Shown here in pieces: positions 58,190-64,000 of a stretch of 64,000 bases of DNA. A program made the position numbers and the translations under genes. Source of the stretch: an uncultured Nitrospiraceae bacterium (GTDB lineage Bacteria > Nitrospirota > Nitrospiria > Nitrospirales > Nitrospiraceae); assembly GCA_963846575.1 (NCBI GenBank), contig CAWJWJ010000001.1, positions 480,001-544,000 on the forward strand, read 5' to 3'. The notes under the pieces were generated by a model. The model saw nothing but the letters and a program-made list of their open reading frames with translations. It was not told the origin of the DNA and searched no databases. Every line of letters starts with the position of its first letter. Position 1 is the first letter of the stretch.

Positions 58190-59209
58190 CTACTCCGTTG
58201 TAGATCCGTTCGCCGCGGGTCCTTCTTTGGGAGAACGGGGTGCGGCAGGGGCAGGCTTGGAAGACTTCTTGTCCACTGTCATCTGCACATCACGGCTCGC
58301 GACTTTGGCCCCGGTACGCATACGCACATGCACGTCGACGATGTCTCCGCCGACGTCGGGAGGAATCGGGGGAAACGGCTGGGCATGGATGATCGTCTGT
58401 AGCCCGGCATCGTTGACATCCCGAGCGCCCGAGCTTTTCTCCAGCTGAATCAATTGCGCCACACCACTCGCATACATTTTGAAGTGCACGCGCACCGTTT
58501 CACTGCTGGGAGCCCGGCGGATAGACCGGATTTGCCGGCTCCAGTTGCGGCTGATTAAGTCGCTGACCTGCTTCCAATAGGCTTTGGATTCTCCCGGTGC
58601 CGGCAAGGGTAACAGATCTTCTTCCTCGATCGTCGCGTTCACGGCTAACACGTGCTCCATCGCCTGTTGCACCGCCGCAGAGTCGGCATCGGAGCTTTCA
58701 GCAAGCGGACCCGGGGGGATGACGGCCTCCGCCTCGTCAGGGGACCTGTCGCCAATGGTGACGTAGAAATCGCGCTTCAGGAACTCCTCGAGTCCGGTAA
58801 TTTTGGCGCGCGCGAACGAAACCCGGATGCGCACGGCCTTCGGATGCACGGTCGTCCGACTCCGCAAGGTCGAATTGGGTTCCAGAATCGCCGTCCCCTG
58901 ATAGATCGACGGCGTAGTATCTTCGCTCAACGAGACGGTCTGACTTTGGAAACCCGCCGACTCGATAATGGCCATGACCGATTCCGTCCCCGGCGGCAGG
59001 CCGCCCAAGGTGACGCTCAGCACGACGTCCTTCCCCGCCTGCACTGAACCATCGGCCTCGGTACTGATCAGTTCGAACTGCGCCCATCGCTTGGACGCGA
59101 CGGTAGAGGAGGGAGCGGGGCCCGCAGTTGCCGGCCCAGCCAGGAATGAGAGGCAACAGATCAATCCGACCCCCGCAAGGACCGTAAGTTTTTCGCGACA
59201 GCACCGCAT
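58190..59209 (-). CDS. Exported protein with TonB/TolA C-terminal-like domain
   Basis: YWKQV..LISRNW, SSGARDVNDA, AQPFPPIP. Confidence 0.75.
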   Translation of the reverse strand: MRCCREKLTVLAGVGLICCLSFLAGPATAGPAPSSTVASKRWAQFELISTEADGSVQAGKDVVLSVTLGGLPPGTESVMAIIESAGFQSQTVSLSEDTTPSIYQGTAILEPNSTLRSRTTVHPKAVRIRVSFARAKITGLEEFLKRDFYVTIGDRSPDEAEAVIPPGPLAESSDADSAAVQQAMEHVLAVNATIEEEDLLPLPAPGESKAYWKQVSDLISRNWSRQIRSIRRAPSSETVRVHFKMYASGVAQLIQLEKSSGARDVNDAGLQTIIHAQPFPPIPPDVGGDIVDVHVRMRTGAKVASRDVQMTVDKKSSKPAPAAPRSPKEGPAANGSTTE

Positions 59210-59215
59210 CGTTGC

Positions 59216-59244
59216 ATCCTACCCAGGCAACCCAGTCAGTTCAA
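59216..59244 (-). promoter_or_regulatory. Promoter 6 nt before ATG 59209 (leaderless candidate)
   Basis: TTGAAC-17 bp-TAGGAT. Confidence 0.55.
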
Positions 59245-59344
59245 CCCGTTTTTTTGCTCAGCATCCGAACCTGCCGAAGAGAGCATGGCGTGAGGGCAAG
59301 GCGTTGAACAAGATCTCCGTTCAGCTGGGCATTTCACGCGGTCT

Positions 59345-59353
59345 TGTTATAAT
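59345..59353 (+). promoter_or_regulatory. Extended -10 element 5 nt before tdh ATG (leaderless candidate)
   Basis: TG-T-TATAAT-GGGCC-ATG, no Shine-Dalgarno. Confidence 0.6.
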
Positions 59354-59358
59354 GGGCC

Positions 59359-60393
59359 ATGCGCGCACTCGTGAAAACTTCCGCACAACCGGGCCTAACC
59401 TATACCGATCGCCCCGATCCTTCCCCTGGTCCCTCGGATGCCGTGATCCGGGTCAAGGCCACCTCCCTGTGCGGAACCGACGCCCATATTTATAATTGGG
59501 ACGCCTGGGCACACAGTCGCATACAACCACCCAGAATCATCGGACACGAAATGTGCGGCGAAGTGGTGGCCATCGGAGCCGATGTCACCCTTGTCCAGGT
59601 GGGAGACTATGTTGCCGCTGAATCGCACCTGACCTGTGGCGCCTGCTTTCAATGTCGGACCGGCCAAGCGCACGTGTGCAAGAATTACCGCATCCTTGGA
59701 GTCGATTTGGACGGATCGTTCGCCGACTATGTCGTGCTTCCAGAGACGGTGCTCTGGAAAACCTCCCTGGACATTCCGCCGGAATTGGCCTCCGTTCAAG
59801 AGCCTCTCGGGAACGCTGTCGATGCCGCATTAGTGGAAGACTTGACCGGCCATACGGTATTGATCACCGGCTGTGGTCCGACCGGTCTGTTCGCCGCCGC
59901 CGTGGCGCGCACTGCGGGCGCCGCCACGATCATCGCCACCGATATCAGCGACTATCGCCTCGGCCTTGCCAAACAGGTCGGGGTCGACCACGTACTGAAT
60001 GCGCAGACCGACGGACCTGACGCCATTGCCGCAGCCATTCACGACATCACCGGAGGCGAAGGGGTCGATGCGTCTCTTGAGATGTCCGGCCATCCCACCG
60101 CGCTGCACCATGCTTTTCGATCAGTCAAAAACGGAGGACGCGTCACGCTGTTCGGAATCCCCACCGGCCCCGTCACCTGCGATCTCGCCAATGAGGTCAT
60201 CTTCAAGGGTATTCGCGTGCATGGCATCACCGGCCGGCGCTTGTTCAGCACCTGGTATCGGCTGGCCGGATTGTTCAAGGCCGGACTCAACATCCGCCCC
60301 GTCATCACGCATACGTTTCCGCTCAAAGACTTCGCCCAAGGATTTGAATTGATCAAGTCCGGCCAATGCGGCAAAGTAGTCATGTTTCCATAG
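59359..60393 (+). CDS. tdh: L-threonine 3-dehydrogenase
   Basis: CGTDAHIYNWD, GHE, CGACFQC..C, EPLGNAV, GITGR; adjacent to kbl. Confidence 0.97.
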   Translation: MRALVKTSAQPGLTYTDRPDPSPGPSDAVIRVKATSLCGTDAHIYNWDAWAHSRIQPPRIIGHEMCGEVVAIGADVTLVQVGDYVAAESHLTCGACFQCRTGQAHVCKNYRILGVDLDGSFADYVVLPETVLWKTSLDIPPELASVQEPLGNAVDAALVEDLTGHTVLITGCGPTGLFAAAVARTAGAATIIATDISDYRLGLAKQVGVDHVLNAQTDGPDAIAAAIHDITGGEGVDASLEMSGHPTALHHAFRSVKNGGRVTLFGIPTGPVTCDLANEVIFKGIRVHGITGRRLFSTWYRLAGLFKAGLNIRPVITHTFPLKDFAQGFELIKSGQCGKVVMFP

Positions 60394-60486
60394 ACATGCG
60401 GTGGGCGGTTGAGAGGATTTGGATTCCTGTCTCTCGGCACATCCCCTTCCAGTCCCACCAACCAACTATCACAGCAATGGATTGGC

Positions 60487-61677
60487 ATGGCCTATTCCAC
60501 ATTTAAAAGAGCAGCGCAGCAGCAGTTAGCCGATATTCGCGCGGCGGGCCTCTATAAAACCGAACGTGACATTCTGAGTTCCCAGAGCACCGAGATTCGG
60601 GTGGCGCAAGGGGACGTCATCAATCTCTGCGCGAATAACTATCTGGGGCTCGCGAACCATCCGGATGTGACCCAAGCGGCCATCGAGGGACTCAAAGAGT
60701 ATGGTTATGGCATGGCTTCCGTCAGGTTCATCTGCGGAACTCACCGACTGCACAAGCAGCTCGAGCAGGCCCTCAGCACGTTTCTGCGGACCGAGGATAC
60801 CATTCTCTATGGGTCTTGCTTCGATGCGAACGGCGGCCTGTTCGAAACCCTGCTCGACGAGCAGGATGCCATCATCAGCGACGCCCTCAACCACGCAAGC
60901 CTGATCGACGGCATCCGGCTCTGCAAGGCCGTCCGCCGGCGTTATGCCCATGCCGACATGAGGGAGCTCGAAGCCCGTCTGGCTGAATCCGCCTCCAATC
61001 GCGTCCGCGTGATCGTGACCGATGGGGTCTTTTCGATGGATGGTGATCTTGCGCCACTGGATCGGATTGTGGAACTCGCCGAACGGTACGAAGCGGCGGT
61101 GGTCGTGGACGACAGTCATGCCACCGGGGTACTGGGACAGGGGGGGCGCGGAACACCCGACCACTTCGGGGTTGCCGACCGGGTCGACCTCGTCACGAGC
61201 ACGCTCGGCAAAGCGTTGGGCGGCGCAACCGGCGGGTTCACGACCGGCCGAACGGAACTGATCGAGTTACTGCGACAGCGTTCACGGCCCTATCTCTTCT
61301 CCAACAGTCTGCCCCCGGTCATTGCCTCCGCCGCGCTGAAAGCGCTGACTTTGGTGGAGCAAGGCGATAGTCTGAGGGAGACCTTGACGGCGCAGGCGCA
61401 ATGGCTGCGAAGTCGGCTGACATCCCTCGGCTTCACCCTCGTTCCGGGCAACCACCCCATCATCCCGGTGATGCTGGGAGACGCCACGGTGGCAACCCGG
61501 ATGGCGGACCAGTTACTGAAAGAAGGGATCTATGTGATCGGGTTCAGTTATCCGGTGGTGCCGAAGGGACAGGCCCGCATTCGTCTACAGTTGTCCGCAG
61601 GTCATACGCGTCCGCAACTCGAACGGGCCGTGGCGGCATTCTCGAAGGTGGGCCGGGCACTGAAAGTCATTGCGTAA
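60487..61677 (+). CDS. kbl: 2-amino-3-ketobutyrate CoA ligase (glycine C-acetyltransferase)
   Basis: [40 protein letters not shown]. Confidence 0.97.
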   Translation: MAYSTFKRAAQQQLADIRAAGLYKTERDILSSQSTEIRVAQGDVINLCANNYLGLANHPDVTQAAIEGLKEYGYGMASVRFICGTHRLHKQLEQALSTFLRTEDTILYGSCFDANGGLFETLLDEQDAIISDALNHASLIDGIRLCKAVRRRYAHADMRELEARLAESASNRVRVIVTDGVFSMDGDLAPLDRIVELAERYEAAVVVDDSHATGVLGQGGRGTPDHFGVADRVDLVTSTLGKALGGATGGFTTGRTELIELLRQRSRPYLFSNSLPPVIASAALKALTLVEQGDSLRETLTAQAQWLRSRLTSLGFTLVPGNHPIIPVMLGDATVATRMADQLLKEGIYVIGFSYPVVPKGQARIRLQLSAGHTRPQLERAVAAFSKVGRALKVIA

Positions 61678-61681
61678 CCCG

Positions 61682-62656
61682 CTACTCGCGTATCTGGTTC
61701 CGCCGCTTTTGGAGGTAGGCATTCTTAACGGCCGTGTAGAGGTCCAGTGTGGCCTCCTCCACCCCCTGAAACTTTTCCAAGTTTAACGAGCGGTCGTTCA
61801 CGATCTCCCCTATGCGCATGCTGATTTGAGCAATGGACGACGTCGTTCGATTTTGATGGGCGATCAGCGAAGGAACGCCGTTCACCTCGATAATCGGAAA
61901 GACCAACCAGTTGATCGGGTTCAGGGCGATGTCTCCGAGGTACCCGACGAAATCCCTCAGCGTGAACGGCGGAAGGAACGGTACCACCAGATACGGCCCG
62001 GGCTTCACGCCATAATAACCAAGGGTCTGACCGGTATCCTCCTCCGGCGTCGTCAGGTCCATATGCTTTGCCACGTCGACGAGCCCGCCCAGCCCGAACG
62101 TGCTGTTCAGAAAAAAGCGCCCGACTTCGGTACCGGCCCCCTCCAGTTTGCCCTGTGCCAGATTGTTGATCAGTCGTGAAGGGAAACGAATGTTGTAGAA
62201 CACATTGCTGATACCGATCTGAACGGCGTTGGGCACGACGAAGTTATAGCCCTGCGCGACCGGTTTGAGCACCCAGCGGTCCACCTGGCGATTGAACTCG
62301 AACACCTTCGTGTTGACCGGCTCCCAGGGGTCGTACTCCTCTCCCCCGGCCAGCTCATCATTCCTCGCAAAGGGATCATAAAACGGATCATCTTCAGGCT
62401 GGTCGAATGGGTCCGGCGCGGCTGCCGCCAGTTTCCCGGTGTTGGTTTTTGGTAAGCCTTGCGATCCCGATGAGGCACTTCCCCCCTTCGGTTGTCCCAC
62501 GACAGTCTTTGCCGACCCTGCCGGCGGCTTTGATTCAGCACCGGATGTCAGCTCGGGGCGAGAAGGTCCCCCCGCACATCCGATCACCAGCATGACACCC
62601 ATCGCAGATAGCATTCCGATACACCATCTCACGCTCCCAGATGTCCGATGCACCAT
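61682..62656 (-). CDS. mlaA: VacJ/MlaA family lipoprotein
   Basis: Lipobox VIGC, DPWEPVN, RFFLNSTFGLGG, EDTGQTLG, GPYLVVPF; start uncertain. Confidence 0.9.
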   Translation of the reverse strand: MVHRTSGSVRWCIGMLSAMGVMLVIGCAGGPSRPELTSGAESKPPAGSAKTVVGQPKGGSASSGSQGLPKTNTGKLAAAAPDPFDQPEDDPFYDPFARNDELAGGEEYDPWEPVNTKVFEFNRQVDRWVLKPVAQGYNFVVPNAVQIGISNVFYNIRFPSRLINNLAQGKLEGAGTEVGRFFLNSTFGLGGLVDVAKHMDLTTPEEDTGQTLGYYGVKPGPYLVVPFLPPFTLRDFVGYLGDIALNPINWLVFPIIEVNGVPSLIAHQNRTTSSIAQISMRIGEIVNDRSLNLEKFQGVEEATLDLYTAVKNAYLQKRRNQIRE

Positions 62657-62884
62657 GCCTCCTTGTTTGGGAGCCCATCGTCTCCCTCTGCCTTCCGCCG
62701 CAGTACTCACGGCTGCAGCAAATGGACGCACTGTACCAGAATGGCTCAACAGCCGCCAATGATGAAAGCATGCCAGGCCGGTCCCGATGGCGCAGGCACA
62801 ATCCCGCCATACGTACCGAATCTTACCAAGCGAACCCGTGGTGAACAGAAAAAACGCAGAAGGTGCGGAACCCGGCCATTCGAT

Positions 62885-63646
62885 TCAGCGGCTGATGGCC
62901 GACGTGATAAATTCTGACAGTTTGGCGAAATAGGCTTTCCCCCCAACCGACGGGATATTATTGTGGTCGGCTCCCCGCACGATATAAAACTCCTTGGGAG
63001 GCTTGGCCGCCTCAAATGTCCGTTGGCCCAGTTCTATGGGGATGATGTCGTCACGATCACCATGCACAAACAGTTTGGGCAGCGACAGATGCGGCAACCG
63101 TTCATCCAGACGAAACGCGGCGCCCAACAACCAATGAACCGGCAATCCCATATAATGGTAACGAGCCACGGCTTCGATTGATGGGAAAGCGGATTCGAGC
63201 AGCAAACCCCTGGCAGCCCGTTGTGCGGCCAATGATCCGGCAACCGCGGCTCCCAACGACCGCCCGAAGATCACCAGACGTTCCGGCCTGATGCGACGGA
63301 CCTGCGTGAGATACTCGTGAGCCCCCAAAGCATCCAGATACAGCCCCTCTTCCGAAGGACGTCCCTGGCTTCGCCCATACCCACGATAGTCGAAGAGAAA
63401 TACCGAGAGCCCGAGTCGGTAGAGCGCTTGGAGGTTATCCAGTCGATGGGTCATATTCCCCGCGTTGCCGTGGCACCAGAGTAGCACAGCGGAGGGAGCC
63501 TGCTGCTCCACATACCAGCCGAATAGTTTTTTTCCATCGGGCGACGGAAACCACACTTCTTCCAGCGGAAGGCCGCTGAGTTTTCTCCAGTCGCGCGCCT
63601 CCCACGGGTACGGATGATAGACGAACAGATGATCCAGGAGGCTCAT
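62885..63646 (-). CDS. Alpha/beta hydrolase (ABHD13/Bem46-like)
   Basis: HGNAGN, DYRGYG, GRSLG, HGDRD, GADHN. Confidence 0.93.
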   Translation of the reverse strand: MSLLDHLFVYHPYPWEARDWRKLSGLPLEEVWFPSPDGKKLFGWYVEQQAPSAVLLWCHGNAGNMTHRLDNLQALYRLGLSVFLFDYRGYGRSQGRPSEEGLYLDALGAHEYLTQVRRIRPERLVIFGRSLGAAVAGSLAAQRAARGLLLESAFPSIEAVARYHYMGLPVHWLLGAAFRLDERLPHLSLPKLFVHGDRDDIIPIELGQRTFEAAKPPKEFYIVRGADHNNIPSVGGKAYFAKLSEFITSAISR

Positions 63647-63752
63647 GACATAGATTGCGGTATGCCGGTGGCAAAATCCACGTGATTGATTCCGATACTG
63701 GCTCGCGGGCTCAGAGGGAGCCCTGCCCCGATACGACCATGATCAAAGCCGG

Positions 63753-63998
63753 TTAGAAATGGAGACCGACGCCAAAGAGTGCGTAATGCGCGCGAAAGTC
63801 CATGGCCAATCCTTCCCAATGGTAGTTCGCCAGAAAGTATCGGTACTCCCCGAAGACAAATACTTTCGGGCTGACCATGGCTCGTAATCCTGCCAGGTAC
63901 TGATGCCCGAACGCACGGGCGGAGTCGAAATCCTTGTCGGCCCGACCGGCGATATTGGGGTTGAGCAGGATCCCGTGCGACCATCCAGCACCGATCCC
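63753..63998 (-). CDS. C-terminal part of an outer-membrane beta-barrel protein (start beyond window; absent from ORF track)
   Basis: Manual translation GIGAGWSHG...FGHQYLAGLRAMVSPKVFVFGEYRYF...HYALFGVGLHF*; amphipathic strands, terminal Phe. Confidence 0.8.
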   Translation of the reverse strand, partial: GIGAGWSHGILLNPNIAGRADKDFDSARAFGHQYLAGLRAMVSPKVFVFGEYRYFLANYHWEGLAMDFRAHYALFGVGLHF

Positions 63999-64000
63999 GG

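Noticed and set aside
59359..61677. tdh-kbl as a novel pathway
   Set aside because: Well-known, widespread threonine-to-glycine operon
63643..63991. ORFs 63643..63984 and 63743..63991
   Set aside because: Alternative frames over the beta-barrel C-terminus
1..64000. CRISPR arrays, rRNA, tRNA, IS elements, prophage or defence systems
   Set aside because: No spaced repeats, cloverleafs, transposase, integrase, phage or nuclease signatures seen

Overview
About 59% GC bacterial chromosome segment, most likely Nitrospira (inferred from gene content and protein character, not verified by search). It is mostly core genome: tsaE-lapA-mutS, the rimP-nusA-infB-DUF503-rbfA-truB-rpsO-pnp-M16 peptidase operon, dat, ferredoxins, ugd, polA, nth, rpsU, ftcD, tusA/dsrE-like genes, a CPA2 antiporter, a UDP-glucuronate epimerase, hemD, tdh-kbl and mlaA. 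I saw no rRNA, tRNA, CRISPR array, transposase or prophage. Main unexplained signals: (1) a 7-gene minus-strand cluster (22935-29801) with an apparently catalytically dead exported alkaline-phosphatase-fold protein, a small exported beta protein and five paralogous HEAT/PBS-lyase-repeat proteins; (2) an unassigned ~160-nt multi-hairpin structured RNA candidate (38843-39001); (3) a nitrosocyanin-like cupredoxin with a predicted His/Cys/His/His site; (4) a CmlA-like diiron metallo-beta-lactamase with no NRPS in the window; (5) two exported unknown proteins behind a near-consensus promoter and long structured leader; (6) several predicted leaderless genes and pseudoenzymes, and a frameshifted TPR lipoprotein. 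All family assignments are by-eye motif recognition.
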